The translations under genes were made by a program, and so were the position numbers. Shown here piece after piece: positions 37,987 to 48,219 of a DNA stretch of 64,000 bases. Each line of letters opens with the position of its first letter. Position 1 is the stretch's first letter. Under the pieces are notes generated by a model that was not told where the DNA came from, did no database searches, and saw only the letters and a program-made list of their open reading frames with translations. Source of the stretch: Candidatus Kapaibacterium sp. GTDB lineage: Bacteria; Bacteroidota; Ignavibacteria; Kapaibacteriales; UBA4661. The DNA lies in the NCBI GenBank assembly GCA_004292595.1, contig RDXM01000106.1, positions 4,946 through 68,945 on the forward strand. The letters are read 5' to 3'.

Positions 37987-38922
37987 ATGAACTATGCAAA
38001 ATTTTACCTTGTTCTTCTTCTTGCTCTTCTCGGAAAGCTCTCTATTGCGCCACTTTTCGCAGACAAAACCTTCGGGAGCAAGGACAATCCTATCCGCTTG
38101 GCTCTTGTGCCTTCGCAGGAAGCAGGCAAGGTGATAAGCAATGCTGAAAAGCTCCTTGAGCATCTGCACACAAAAACAGGCTATTACTTCACGGCGTATA
38201 TGCCCGCAAATTACATCGTTGCCATTGAAGGATTTGGCTCGTCGAAGGTTGATATTGCGATGGTAACAACCTTTAGCTATCTTTTGGCAAATCAAAAATA
38301 TGGCGCGACGGCAGTGCTAAAGATTGTGCGTCGCAATGGCGATACCTGCTACGGCGGGCAGTTTCTCGCTTTGAAAGGCAGTAACATTCGCTCTATTAAA
38401 GACTTGCACGGCAAGCGTGTTGCCTTTACCGACCCCGCCTCTGGCTCTGGCTACGTTCTTCCGAAAGCAATGCTGAAAAAGCTCGGTGTGCAGCCCGCCC
38501 AGGAAGTCTTTGCTCAACGCCACGACAACGTTGTGATGATGATTTATCAACGCCAAGTGGATGCGGGCGCAGCCTACTACTCTGCGCCAGACCAGAAAAC
38601 AGGCGAGCTTCAGGACGCACGTGCGCTGGTGAAAAAGCAGTATCCCGACGTAGCAGAAAAAGTTGTGAATATCGGTTATACGGATAAAATCACAAACGAC
38701 CCGATTAGCTTTCGCCGCGATTTTCCGCCCGATATGAAAGCACGTATTGTGAAGGCATTGGTTGATTACGCAAACTCACCCGAAGGAAAGCCGATTATGA
38801 TTCATCTCTACGGCATTGAAGGCTTGCTTCCAACAACAGATGCCGACTACGACGGGCTTCGCACCATGCTCAAAGAACAAGGCATGGACGTAGAAGAGCT
38901 TGTGAAAAAAACAAACAAATAA
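37987..38922 (+). CDS. ABC transporter substrate-binding protein of the PhnD/SsuA phosphonate-type family
   Basis: A signal peptide, then IRLALVPSQEA...VDIAMVTTFSYLLANQKYGATAVLKIV...KGSNIRSIKDLHGKRVAFTDPASGSGYVLP. Confidence 0.7.
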   Translation: MNYAKFYLVLLLALLGKLSIAPLFADKTFGSKDNPIRLALVPSQEAGKVISNAEKLLEHLHTKTGYYFTAYMPANYIVAIEGFGSSKVDIAMVTTFSYLLANQKYGATAVLKIVRRNGDTCYGGQFLALKGSNIRSIKDLHGKRVAFTDPASGSGYVLPKAMLKKLGVQPAQEVFAQRHDNVVMMIYQRQVDAGAAYYSAPDQKTGELQDARALVKKQYPDVAEKVVNIGYTDKITNDPISFRRDFPPDMKARIVKALVDYANSPEGKPIMIHLYGIEGLLPTTDADYDGLRTMLKEQGMDVEELVKKTNK

Positions 38923-38940
38923 TTTCCTCATGCTTATCTC

Positions 38941-39417
38941 ATGAAAAACTTCTTTACAAACCGCATCATTCCGTGCTTGTGCGTCTGCGTCATGGCAAGT
39001 ATTTCCGTGCAAGAAGCATCTGCTTTCTTCACGCCACCGTTGCTTGCAGCCCGCGCCACAACTGCATATCAGCAGCTTTCTTTCCGTACGCTTCGCACCT
39101 ATCTTCCGGGCAAGAAGCCGCCGCAAGAAATCATGGAATTGAATGGCAAAAGCGTTGAAATTATGGGCTTTATGGCGGCACTGACGCAGCTAGAAGAGAT
39201 TGATGAATTTGTGCTTTCTTCTTCACCGCCAATGAATTGCTTTTGCCATCCGCCGCTTCGGGTAAACGAGGTGATTTTTGTGCAGATGAAAAAAGGCAAA
39301 AAAACTGATTACAAAGGTGGCGTGGTGCGCATTCGCGGCAAACTTGTTGTCAATACCAGTGTTACCGACGAATTTGCCGATATTATGTACACCGTCGAAT
39401 GCGATGAAGTATTGTAA
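38941..39417 (+). CDS. DUF3299-like secreted protein
   Basis: Signal peptide, then FVLSSSPPMNCFCHPPLRVNEVIFVQMKKGK: a buried Cys/His motif typical of DUF3299, which is often found next to ABC substrate-binding protein genes. Confidence 0.45.
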   Translation: MKNFFTNRIIPCLCVCVMASISVQEASAFFTPPLLAARATTAYQQLSFRTLRTYLPGKKPPQEIMELNGKSVEIMGFMAALTQLEEIDEFVLSSSPPMNCFCHPPLRVNEVIFVQMKKGKKTDYKGGVVRIRGKLVVNTSVTDEFADIMYTVECDEVL

Positions 39418-39526
39418 AAAGCATTGTCAATATGTTTGACTCGCGCAATTTTTCCAGTTGGAAGCCGCTTCGGAAGGAGTTTCCAACTTTTTTCTTTTCT
39501 TCCCTTCAGAATATTCACACCTTTCC

Positions 39527-40933
39527 ATGAAAAAATCTCCTCGTCCCGCACCCAAAACGGGCATTATTTCTCGTAGTGGCGGCAAAACATCCTTCCGCAA
39601 ACTCGACCCCAATGCGCCTCCCAAAAGCCGCACCAAACCTACTCGCGCTGGCGAATCCCCTCGCTCCCGCACCGCTCGACCCGATACAGACGACGAAACA
39701 AAGCCCGCTCGCAAAACCAGTGCGCCCGCACGAAAGCTCTATGGTGATAAAAAATCTGAAGGCAAGAAATTCGGGGACAAGAAGTTTGGTGAGAAGAAGT
39801 TTGGCGAGAAAAAATTTGACGACAAAAAATCTGCTGAGAAGAAGTTTGGTGAAAAGAAATTTGAGGATAAAAAATTTGAGGATAAAAAATTTGAGGATAA
39901 AAAATTTGGTGAGAAGAAGTTTGATGATAAGAAGCTCGGCGAGAAGAAGTTTGGCGAAAAGAAATTCGGTGAGAAACGATTTGAAGGGAGGAAGTTTGAA
40001 GGTAAGAGGGTTGAAAATGAACACTTTAGCACGAAAAAATCAGATCGAACAAGCCACAAAGCCGTTTCAGAAGCTGCCGCGTCCGCCAAATCCAGTCCGC
40101 AAGCGGGCAAGGGTGGGAAGCGACCACCAAGCACGAAAGCCAGCAACACTGCGCTTCTGCGCTTGAATAAATACATTGCCGATGCAGGTATTTGTTCGCG
40201 GCGGCAGGCAGATGAGTACATTGAGCAAGGCAGGGTCAAGGTCAATGGCAAATTGGTAACCGAACAGGGAATGAAGGTGCATCTTGCTGACCTCGTAACG
40301 GTAAACGGCGAGCCAATAAATGCGGAAAAGCATCTAACATACGTCGTACTGAACAAGCCAAAAGATTATATCACAACGACCAGCGACGAAAAAGGGCGCA
40401 AAACCGTGATGGAGCTTATTCCTTTGAAACAACGTATTTATCCCATTGGTAGGCTCGACCGTCATACGACGGGCGTTCTTTTGCTGACCAACGACGGGGA
40501 TTTAGCGCACCGTCTCATGCACCCAAGTTATGAAGTATCAAGGATTTATCGTGTGTATATTGACAAACGCCTCACGCAAAACGATATGCGCAATATTTCC
40601 AAAGGTGTGAAAGTAGAGGACGAAAACGGTGATTTTTATATTTCTGGCGAGTGTAACATTGCCATTGACCCCGAAGACCCACGCGCCGTTACGGTGGAAC
40701 TTGCTGAGGGAAAAAACCGTGAGGTACGGCGTATTTTTGCGGCTCTGGGCTATGAAGTGGAAAAGCTCGACCGCAAGGCATATGCAGGTATTTCCTCGCG
40801 TGGGCTGGGACGCGGCGAGTATCGCCATCTTTCGCCACTGGAAGTACGGGCTTTGGAGCAGTTAGTCAAACTCGACCACCGCTTAGAAAACGCCACGACT
40901 GCTGCGAAAACCCGCACAAAAGCTCGGCGGTGA
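39527..40933 (+). CDS. rluB: 23S rRNA pseudouridine synthase (RluB/RsuA family) with a long Lys-rich N-terminal tandem-repeat extension
   Basis: An S4 domain (LLRLNKYIADAGICSRRQADEYIEQGRVKVNGK) and the catalytic motif IYPIGRLDRHTTGVLLLTNDGDLAHRLMHP. The N-terminal 200 aa consist of (E/D)KKFG pentapeptide repeats. The start at 39527 (MKKSPRP...) is preferred over 39458. Confidence 0.8.
   Translation: MKKSPRPAPKTGIISRSGGKTSFRKLDPNAPPKSRTKPTRAGESPRSRTARPDTDDETKPARKTSAPARKLYGDKKSEGKKFGDKKFGEKKFGEKKFDDKKSAEKKFGEKKFEDKKFEDKKFEDKKFGEKKFDDKKLGEKKFGEKKFGEKRFEGRKFEGKRVENEHFSTKKSDRTSHKAVSEAAASAKSSPQAGKGGKRPPSTKASNTALLRLNKYIADAGICSRRQADEYIEQGRVKVNGKLVTEQGMKVHLADLVTVNGEPINAEKHLTYVVLNKPKDYITTTSDEKGRKTVMELIPLKQRIYPIGRLDRHTTGVLLLTNDGDLAHRLMHPSYEVSRIYRVYIDKRLTQNDMRNISKGVKVEDENGDFYISGECNIAIDPEDPRAVTVELAEGKNREVRRIFAALGYEVEKLDRKAYAGISSRGLGRGEYRHLSPLEVRALEQLVKLDHRLENATTAAKTRTKARR
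39745..40015 (+). repeat. about 17 tandem copies of a 15-bp unit (GAGAAGAAGTTTGGT-like) encoding (E/D)KKFG repeats inside rluB
   Basis: Direct repeats are visible in the DNA (gagaagaagtttggcgagaaaaaatttgacgacaaaaaa...). They are translated as KKFGDKKFGEKKFGEKKFDDKK... The antisense ORF at 39515-40024 is an artefact of this repeat. Confidence 0.7.
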
Positions 40934-40965
40934 AGGCTTTCTACAAAGGATTTTTGCAACGTGTT

Positions 40966-41041
40966 TTCGGGAAACCCGTTACCGCGAAACCCGTTCTACG
41001 CTTAGGAAAGCGTAGGACGGGAAAGACCTGACCAGTTACGA
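40966..41041. repeat. family 2 repeat, truncated copy (right half only)
   Basis: gggaaacccgttaccgcgaaacccgttctacgcttaggaaagcgtaggacgggaaaGACCTGACCAGTTAC matches the right half of the copy at 45801-45945. Confidence 0.5.
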
Positions 41042-41047
41042 CTAATT

Positions 41048-42313
41048 TTAACTATCGTACCGGCGGCGCATTTGGCGGAAGAAATTCATCACCAAACCCA
41101 GCATTGCCAAATTGATAACGAGCGATGTACCGCCTGCACTCATAAACGGCAGAGGAATCCCAATGACGGGCAATAATCCCAACGCCATACCGATATTGAC
41201 AAACGTGTGGTAGGTCCAAATCGCCGCAATCCCAGCAATTATCGTGCTTTCAAAGCGACGCTGCACAAGTTCTGCGATGCTTACTAAACGCATACATAAG
41301 CCTGCAAGCAAGGCAAGAACAAGCGTTCCGCCGACAAATCCAAATTCTTCCGTTGGTACGCAATAAATAAAATCCGTCCATTGCTTGGGAATGTAGCGAA
41401 GTTGGGTTTGCGTGCCTTGTTGGAAGCCGCGTCCCCACAAGCCTCCACTTCCTACTGCCATTTTTGATTGCATCACGTTGTAGCCTTGACCGCGTGGGTC
41501 TTTGTTGGGGTCGAGGAGAATTTCAATCCGTGTTTTTTGGTATGGTTTCAGCACATTATTTACCACCCAAGGCATCCCGTAGCCCGCACCAACACTGAGC
41601 GCAATCACCACAGCCGTAACGATAACGGTGCGCCGAAAAGCAAACACACCCAAACTAATCAACACGAGTGTCATAATCAATGTTTGCTGCCCAAATAACG
41701 CTGCCACTGCCGCAATCGGCGGTGCGACAAGCGCGTAGAGCAGGAATAAATCTGCTCCGCCCCAGAGAACGATTCCCAAAAACATTCCCATAAAAACTGT
41801 CGCAGAGCCATAGTCTGGTTCGAGAATTATCAAGCCAACTGGTGCGGCAATGTAGAGAAAAACAGTAAATAAATCGCGCAAGGTGTGTAAATTCACATTC
41901 GGACGTGCCATGTAGAGCGCGATTGCCATGAGCGTACAGACTTTCGCCACTTCCGATGGCTGAAACGTTACTGGTCCGAGCGGAAGCCAGTTTTTTTGAC
42001 CATTGACTGTTTTTCCAACGAACAGCACCGCGCCCAACAACGCAAGAGAAATGCCGTACAAAAATGGCGAAGCTACTTCGAGCCAGCGCGTCGGGATGTA
42101 GATAATTCCTACCATAATTGCCACACCGACAAGCGTAAATATGCCTTGTCGGATAAAATAGGTCGGCATACCAGCATTGACCGTCGCACTGTAAATAGAT
42201 ACCAAGCCAATGATACAAAGAGCGAAAACGCAAAAAAGCGAGAACCAATCCACCACGCTTGCGCCCTCTCGTTTGCTGCCGATGCGCTCACCAAGATATG
42301 TTATTTGTGCCAT
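41048..42313 (-). CDS. rodA: FtsW/RodA/SpoVE-family peptidoglycan glycosyltransferase, probably RodA
   Basis: Ten TM helices with motifs GQKNWLPLGPVTFQPSEVAKV and IPTEEFGFVGG, typical of SEDS proteins. Confidence 0.75.
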   Translation of the reverse strand: MAQITYLGERIGSKREGASVVDWFSLFCVFALCIIGLVSIYSATVNAGMPTYFIRQGIFTLVGVAIMVGIIYIPTRWLEVASPFLYGISLALLGAVLFVGKTVNGQKNWLPLGPVTFQPSEVAKVCTLMAIALYMARPNVNLHTLRDLFTVFLYIAAPVGLIILEPDYGSATVFMGMFLGIVLWGGADLFLLYALVAPPIAAVAALFGQQTLIMTLVLISLGVFAFRRTVIVTAVVIALSVGAGYGMPWVVNNVLKPYQKTRIEILLDPNKDPRGQGYNVMQSKMAVGSGGLWGRGFQQGTQTQLRYIPKQWTDFIYCVPTEEFGFVGGTLVLALLAGLCMRLVSIAELVQRRFESTIIAGIAAIWTYHTFVNIGMALGLLPVIGIPLPFMSAGGTSLVINLAMLGLVMNFFRQMRRRYDS

Positions 42314-42394
42314 AAAAGAAAAAATGAGTAATGAACTTTATCTAAGTTAGTCAATATAGCGAGCAAGATTACGCTGAAGGCTCATAAAATCTGC

Positions 42395-42476
42395 CTTCAG
42401 TGGCACAGACATTCTTGTCTGTGATTCTTCAAACTCTGATAAGGACTCACAGACAAGAATGTCTGTGCCACTGAGG
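42395..42476. repeat. family 1 palindromic repeat copy with a divergent core
   Basis: CTTCAGTGGCACAGACATTCTTGTCTGTGattcttcaaactctgataaggactCACAGACAAGAATGTCTGTGCCACTGAGG. Confidence 0.6.
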
Positions 42477-42531
42477 AATTAACTTGGATAAAGTTTAATG
42501 AACAGTAATAAACCTCGCAATATCTCTAGCA

Positions 42532-45078
42532 TCAATTCCGAAATACTTCGCTCAGTGCCTCGCTAATATGACCCACAGCCACAATGCGCAAACCTGCAAG
42601 CGTTTGCTCGTTCATTTCCAACAAATCAACTTCATTTTCTTTGGGAATAAGCACGGTCGTAATTCCTGCGTGCTTTGCTGCGAGCAGTTTTTCTGTAAGT
42701 CCGCCGATAGCAAGCACATTGCCGCGCAGCGTTACCTCGCCCGTCATCGCAATATCGCCTCGCGCTGGACGCTGCGCGGCGGCAGAAATCAGTGCCATCG
42801 TCATCGTAATTCCCGCCGACGGACCATCTTTTGGAATTGCGCCCTCAGGCACGTGGATGTGAATTTCTCGCTCCTGAAGCGCATCGTTGCTCATGCCGAG
42901 CTTTTCTGCATTTGCCCGCACATATGACAATGCCGCCATTGCGGATTCTTTCATCACATCGCCGAGCTTGCCGGTCAGGGTCAGTTTTTCTTTGTTGGAC
43001 GATGGCATAATCGTTACTTCGACGGGCAAAATATCGCCACCTAAGCTCGTCCAAGCAAGCCCAGTAACAACGCCAATTTTATCGCTCAATTCCTTCTCGC
43101 GCCTCCGATTGACGGGCGTTTTGAGGTATTCATGTACCAATGCTCCTGTAATCTCACGTTCCACTGTGCGCACTTGCTCACGAGCCTTGATTTTATGGGG
43201 ATGTGAAAGGACTTCTGCTTCGCTGGAGGTGAGTTCTACAACCTCTGCAATTTCTGGATGCAATGCTTTCTTGCGTGGGCGTTTTGTGCTTGCCGATTCT
43301 TTGTGCCGTGCTTCGTCGGTCATGTCTTGTTCGGTTTTGCTCAAATCAAACACAATGTTTCGTGCGGTTTTGCGAATCACAGCAGCAATTTGGCGTTCTA
43401 AATTCCGCACACCTGCTTCTTTGGTATAGCTGCGAATAAGTTCCAAAACGGCATCCTTGGTAAATTTCACAGGAAATTCCTGAACGCCGTGCTTTTCTAA
43501 TTGTCGCGGAATCAAGTGTTGATGCGCGATTTGCTCTTTTTCAAACTCTAAATAGCTCGAAAGCTCAATAATTTCCATGCGGTCTAAGAGCGGCGCAGGA
43601 ATATCGTATTTCACGTTTGCCGTCGCAATAAACAGCACTTTGGAAAGGTCGTAATCCACTTCAAGATAATGGTCGTTGAACGCTGAATTTTGCTCGGGGT
43701 CGAGAACTTCCAACAGCGCGGCGGAGGGGTCGCCACGAAAATCGGTTACCATTTTATCAACTTCATCCAGCAAAATGACGGGATTCACTGTGCCAGCACG
43801 TTTCATGCTTTGGATAATGCGTCCGGGCATCGCGCCAATGTAGGTGCGGCGGTGTCCGCGAATTTCTGCCTCGTCGCGCACACCACCAAGCGACATTCGC
43901 ACAAATTTCCGTCCCAGCGCACGAGCAATAGAGCGGGCGAGCGAGGTTTTTCCCACGCCTGGAGGTCCAGAAAAGCAAATAACCTGCCCTTGCACACCCT
44001 TGACTAAGCTGAGAACCGCAATATATTCGATAATTCGTTCTTTAATTTTTTCTAAACCAAAATGGTCTTCATCCAAAATGGTGCGGACGTGCATAATATT
44101 CAGGGTGTCGGCGGTGGCATAGCTCCACGGCAAGGCTGCAACAAGCTCCAAATAATTGCGCAGTACGCCGTATTCGGGCATCATAGGCTGCGTTTTTTTC
44201 AATTTCTCAAATTCTTCATCAATTTTTTTGCGCGTTTCGGGCGGCATATTTGTGTTATCAAGGTCTTCGCGGATTTTGGTCAATTCCGGAAACGCATCGC
44301 CTTCGTCCTCTTCTAGTTCTATTTGCAGAGCGCGAATCTGCTCTTGAATAAAGTAGCGTTTTTGCGTTTTTTGTATTGTTTCCTGCACTTTATCATCAAT
44401 ATCCTGCTCGAGGCGTAGCACTTCTAGCTCGGCGGTCAGCAAGGCAACCAGCACAAAATACTGCTCTTGCAGCGTGAACTTATCCAAAATTGCTTGCTTT
44501 TCATCAATCGCCGTTTCGATATTCGCTGCCGCGTAGTAGAGCCGCCGGACGGGGTCTTGGAGGTTGTCGAATGCGGTCAGCACTTCTGGTGGAATGCCGC
44601 GATTTGTGCGAACATATTGTTTGAAAAAATCGCCCGCATGGCGCATCATTGCTTGCAGTTCGGGATTGTCATCTTCTTCGCTTGGCGGAACAATTTCCAC
44701 ATCCGCTTCCATGAAATTTTCTTCTTCGGTGAATTCAATCACACGTCCCTGCACAACGCCATCAACGAGGATTTTGATAAGATTATTCGGCAAGCGCACA
44801 ATTTGGATAATCTTTGCAATCGTGCCAGCTTCGTAAATATCACCCGGACGCGGGTCTTCGGCGAGGGGATTGCTTTGTGCAGAGAGAAAAATATATTTCT
44901 CGCGTTTCAATGCTTCCGAGACCGCTTGCAATGACGATTCTCGCCCAATCAGCACGGGAAAAATCATATGCGGATAGACAATGACCTCGCGCAAAGGTAG
45001 TACAGAAAGCCGCTTTGGGATTTCCGTTGTCAAGACATTCTGCAATGCGGGGTTTTCCTTGATGGATTTCTTTTTCAT
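42532..45078 (-). CDS. lon: ATP-dependent protease Lon
   Basis: LON N-terminal domain, AAA+ motif [22 protein letters not shown], and protease domain [16 protein letters not shown] with the catalytic Ser and Lys. The probable start is MKKKSIKE at 45078. Confidence 0.9.
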   Translation of the reverse strand: MKKKSIKENPALQNVLTTEIPKRLSVLPLREVIVYPHMIFPVLIGRESSLQAVSEALKREKYIFLSAQSNPLAEDPRPGDIYEAGTIAKIIQIVRLPNNLIKILVDGVVQGRVIEFTEEENFMEADVEIVPPSEEDDNPELQAMMRHAGDFFKQYVRTNRGIPPEVLTAFDNLQDPVRRLYYAAANIETAIDEKQAILDKFTLQEQYFVLVALLTAELEVLRLEQDIDDKVQETIQKTQKRYFIQEQIRALQIELEEDEGDAFPELTKIREDLDNTNMPPETRKKIDEEFEKLKKTQPMMPEYGVLRNYLELVAALPWSYATADTLNIMHVRTILDEDHFGLEKIKERIIEYIAVLSLVKGVQGQVICFSGPPGVGKTSLARSIARALGRKFVRMSLGGVRDEAEIRGHRRTYIGAMPGRIIQSMKRAGTVNPVILLDEVDKMVTDFRGDPSAALLEVLDPEQNSAFNDHYLEVDYDLSKVLFIATANVKYDIPAPLLDRMEIIELSSYLEFEKEQIAHQHLIPRQLEKHGVQEFPVKFTKDAVLELIRSYTKEAGVRNLERQIAAVIRKTARNIVFDLSKTEQDMTDEARHKESASTKRPRKKALHPEIAEVVELTSSEAEVLSHPHKIKAREQVRTVEREITGALVHEYLKTPVNRRREKELSDKIGVVTGLAWTSLGGDILPVEVTIMPSSNKEKLTLTGKLGDVMKESAMAALSYVRANAEKLGMSNDALQEREIHIHVPEGAIPKDGPSAGITMTMALISAAAQRPARGDIAMTGEVTLRGNVLAIGGLTEKLLAAKHAGITTVLIPKENEVDLLEMNEQTLAGLRIVAVGHISEALSEVFRN

Positions 45079-45285
45079 GACGGATATTCTCGAATTCAAA
45101 ATTGAGATGAACAAAAAACAGTGCAAGACCGCAATTTACGCTTTTTATGCAAAGAACATGGAGTCTAAATGCTGTTTGGTGGAAAGAATTACGAAGAATT
45201 ATGCTGAGATTGGCTGCTAAAACCTCATCGTGTCTGCACGTGCGTATCGTTCCTAGAGCAATCAAATACTATTGCCACAAAAGAG

Positions 45286-45322
45286 AACCGCCGCTTGAAA
45301 TCTGGGTTTCAAGCGGCGGTTT
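45286..45322. other. 16-bp-stem hairpin, first copy of a duplicated stem-loop
   Basis: AAACCGCCGCTTGAAAtctggGTTTCAAGCGGCGGTTT is repeated almost identically at 45968-46004. Confidence 0.5.
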
Positions 45323-45384
45323 GCGAATGTTGGGAAATGAATGTATTTTTGATGTATTCGCATTGTCATCAACTATCTCACGCC

Positions 45385-45792
45385 ATGACGTTTACCTTTC
45401 CCATCGAAACCTACGCGCTTCTTGAGAAACAAATCGGTCAGGAAGCCGCATTACACATTGCTCGCTCAATGGAGCAGGCGGCAAATGCTTTTGCCCAAGA
45501 AGCACAGAATGTTGCCCAACAAAAGAAGATTGAAATTCGGGATGAAATGAGCAAAGAACTTGCCTCGAAGGCAGATGTAGCACTAGTGCGGGTAGAACTT
45601 CAAGCAGTTGAGAATAAACTTCAAGGCAAAATTGATACGCTCGAAGCACGATTGTCAGGTAGAATTGATGCCGTCGAAGCCCGTCTTGACCGCAAATTGA
45701 CAATTTACATGATTGTCATTCTTTGCGCTATTTTCATCACCAACCAAGATACGGTCTCGTTTTTGCTGCGATTGCTGGGTGTGCTGAAGTAA
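45385..45792 (+). CDS. small coiled-coil protein with a C-terminal TM helix (DUF1640-like)
   Basis: MTFTFPIETYALLEKQIGQEAA... repeated ELQAVENKLQGKIDTLEARLSGRIDAVEARLDRKL heptads, then IVILCAIFI. The family assignment is from memory. Confidence 0.4.
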   Translation: MTFTFPIETYALLEKQIGQEAALHIARSMEQAANAFAQEAQNVAQQKKIEIRDEMSKELASKADVALVRVELQAVENKLQGKIDTLEARLSGRIDAVEARLDRKLTIYMIVILCAIFITNQDTVSFLLRLLGVLK

Positions 45793-45800
45793 CGAAAGAA

Positions 45801-45945
45801 GTAATTGGTCAGGTCTTGGTCTTCCCGTCCTACCGTTTCTGAACGGTAGAACGGGTTTCACGGCACTGTTTTTTGGGAAAACCGTTATCGCGAAACCCGT
45901 TCTACGCTTAGGAAAGCGTAGGACGGGAATACCTGACCAGCTACC
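45801..45945. repeat. family 2 MITE-like element, full copy of 145 bp
   Basis: Terminal inverted repeats of about 30 bp: GTAATTGGTCAGGTCTTGGTCTTCCCGTCCTAC ... GTAGGACGGGAATACCTGACCAGCTACC. An internal palindrome gtagaacgggtttc/gaaacccgttctac is present. Confidence 0.6.
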
Positions 45946-45967
45946 AAAAAAATTTGGTATAAAACGC

Positions 45968-46004
45968 AAACCGCCGCTTGAAATCTGGGTTTCAAGCGGC
46001 GGTT
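45968..46004. terminator. duplicated 16-bp-stem hairpin (second copy), likely a bidirectional terminator for the lipoprotein gene
   Basis: Same sequence as 45286-45322, located just 3' of the minus-strand gene at 46033-46536. Confidence 0.5.
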
Positions 46005-46032
46005 TGTGTTTCTGTAAAGCGAGGAAGATGCT

Positions 46033-46536
46033 TTATCGCACTGTTAAAATTACTGTTCCCGCGCCAGAAACACCCGAACCAGAGAAGGACTCTCCACCTG
46101 CGGTTACAGCACTTCCAACCAAGAAAATACGGGAGTTCGGTGCTGCTGTTGTGGGAATCGTATAGGTAAGATTTTGTGTTACCCTGTTCGGCGACGGGCT
46201 GATGTTTACCGCAACATTGCTAACGCGGGTGCGAGAAACGCTTGCCGTTGTGCTTGGACCAATCTGCGTGTACAGATTTACTGCCGTTACTGGTGATTCA
46301 AGTGTTGTGTACGTCATTACAAACGTGAGTTGTGTTCCTGCGGCGGCAGTGAGTGCCGCTACCTGTGCATTGTTTGTGGGATTGACGACGGTAAATGTCC
46401 GAATAATCGCCACTGGACCGCCAATATCAACCACGCCATTCCAAGGGTTATTCGGTGCATAGCAAGAATTGAGCAGCGTAGAGCCGACAATCACGCTAAA
46501 AATACCGACGATACAAAGATTTGAAAAACGTTTCAT
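46033..46536 (-). CDS. hypothetical lipoprotein downstream of susD (accessory protein of a polysaccharide-utilisation-like locus)
   Basis: Lipoprotein signal MKRFSNLCIVGIFSVIVGSTLLNSC followed by a T/S/A/V-rich beta-rich body. Confidence 0.5.
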   Translation of the reverse strand: MKRFSNLCIVGIFSVIVGSTLLNSCYAPNNPWNGVVDIGGPVAIIRTFTVVNPTNNAQVAALTAAAGTQLTFVMTYTTLESPVTAVNLYTQIGPSTTASVSRTRVSNVAVNISPSPNRVTQNLTYTIPTTAAPNSRIFLVGSAVTAGGESFSGSGVSGAGTVILTVR

Positions 46537-46599
46537 AGTTATTGAGAATCAAGAGAAATTCAAAAAATGGTAATTGAGAATACCGATGCAAGCTAGATA

Positions 46600-48168
46600 C
46601 TACGGGCGGTCTCGCCACATCTTTTCAGCAGCGTAGGCAGCATTTGTACCTGTCCAATTCGCACGGAACGCTTGGGCATTGCGTGTCTGCTCGCTTGTCG
46701 GATAAATTGCCCGTTGAATCCAGCGTCCTTGCAAATCAGGATTGTGTCCCAAAGGCAAACGCAAGTTCGGGAAAACACTCGCATTGTAATCATAACGACG
46801 CATATCAACCCAAACTTCAGGGTTTAGGAAGATAGTTTTGAATTTTTCCATCATAATCGTGCTGAGGCGCACACTGTCAGCAGACGGAATTTGACGCAAG
46901 TATGTATCCACCGTTGTTGCAGCGATACCCATTTTCGTCATGTTTGCGCGAATGCCATCCACAAGTGCTGTTCGTGCTGCTGCTGGCGCACCGAGCGAGG
47001 TCGGAGTGCCGCCCGCTTCTAAGAAGAGTGCTTCCGCTTCGATAAACTTTGATTCCGCAAAGGTCAAGATTTGGAGCGGGTTAGAGGGATACCACGAAAG
47101 CGGTGTGATGTACGCATTTGCTGTTCTGCCCATGGTGGTTGTTCCGTTGCCATTGACTGCACCGATAAAACTCGTCAAAAGCTGGTCGCTGTTGGTCGTA
47201 GGCGTTCCGCGTGCGATGAGCGGCAAACGCGGGTCGTTCATTGCAACCATTGAACTCATGTAATAATCCGAGAACAAAATGGTGAAAATGCGCCCTTGCA
47301 CAGTCTCGTTCGCATTTTGCAACAGCAAACTCGGAACAGCTGCTGCTGCAAACGGAACATCGAAATCATCCGCATTACTCCGCAATGTGCCAGCACGGAG
47401 TGCAGTCAAAGCATTGGTAGCCGCTTGGCGAGAGCCTTTTGCCGTCAGATGAATTGCATTTCGCGCGAGCAGCGTATTTGCTACTCTGCGCCAACGGTCA
47501 GAGCCAGCCGTTCCGCCGCGAAAAACGAGATCGTCATTGCCAGGAACAGGGCTAATCGGCACAGGGCGCGGATTGCCTTCCAAAAGCGTTATCGCCTCAC
47601 GCAAAAGCGTGTCCATACGTCCGTACAGTTGCTGTTGCGTATCGTAGGAAGGCGTGAAATTTGCTTGCCCTTGAAACGCTTGCGAAAATGGAATATTCTC
47701 CCAAAAATCGGTTGCGTAGCTAAGATTAACGGCTTGCAAAATGTTGAAAACAGCTCGGTAGTGTGGTGCTTGCACGACTGTATCACGCGCAAGGAGCGAA
47801 GCGCGGGAAAGCGTTGTGAGAGCATCCAGATAAATGCTCTGCCATGCAGAATTAGAGCCGTCGCCGCTTGTAATGTGGGAATCAGCGCCGCCCGCCTGTT
47901 GCCAAGCGGTTTGCTGCGACCATTGACTTGCCAAAAATGCGACACGATATTGGCTGTTCGCCGTAAAAAGAATCGTACTCGGAAGGAGCGATTGAATCGT
48001 AACTTGCGAGGGCGCAGGGCGCGTGGGATCCACATTCACATTACCGCCGACGTAGCTTTCGCAAGCACTGAACGTCATGCTCACGACTGCTCCGAGAGCG
48101 AATGCCGCTTTTCGCCAGCCCGAACGCATACTGCCGGAAGCAAGAAAAGAACGTTTGAACGTATTCAT
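46600..48168 (-). CDS. susD: SusD/RagB-family nutrient-binding outer-membrane lipoprotein
   Basis: Lipoprotein signal (...VVSMTFSAC). Size and TPR-like composition fit the family. It lies immediately downstream of susC. Confidence 0.75.
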   Translation of the reverse strand: MNTFKRSFLASGSMRSGWRKAAFALGAVVSMTFSACESYVGGNVNVDPTRPAPSQVTIQSLLPSTILFTANSQYRVAFLASQWSQQTAWQQAGGADSHITSGDGSNSAWQSIYLDALTTLSRASLLARDTVVQAPHYRAVFNILQAVNLSYATDFWENIPFSQAFQGQANFTPSYDTQQQLYGRMDTLLREAITLLEGNPRPVPISPVPGNDDLVFRGGTAGSDRWRRVANTLLARNAIHLTAKGSRQAATNALTALRAGTLRSNADDFDVPFAAAAVPSLLLQNANETVQGRIFTILFSDYYMSSMVAMNDPRLPLIARGTPTTNSDQLLTSFIGAVNGNGTTTMGRTANAYITPLSWYPSNPLQILTFAESKFIEAEALFLEAGGTPTSLGAPAAARTALVDGIRANMTKMGIAATTVDTYLRQIPSADSVRLSTIMMEKFKTIFLNPEVWVDMRRYDYNASVFPNLRLPLGHNPDLQGRWIQRAIYPTSEQTRNAQAFRANWTGTNAAYAAEKMWRDRP

Positions 48169-48219
48169 GAGATTTCTATAAAATTTGAATGATAAACAAA
48201 AGTAGCTGTGAAGCCAACC

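Noticed and set aside
39515-40356. Minus-strand ORFs 39515-40024 and 39739-40356 (F/L/K/S-rich repeats)
   Set aside because: These are antisense translations of the 15-bp tandem repeat inside rluB.
47296-48192. Plus-strand 298-aa ORF antisense to susD
   Set aside because: Arg/Cys-rich antisense artefact inside a confidently called SusD-family gene.
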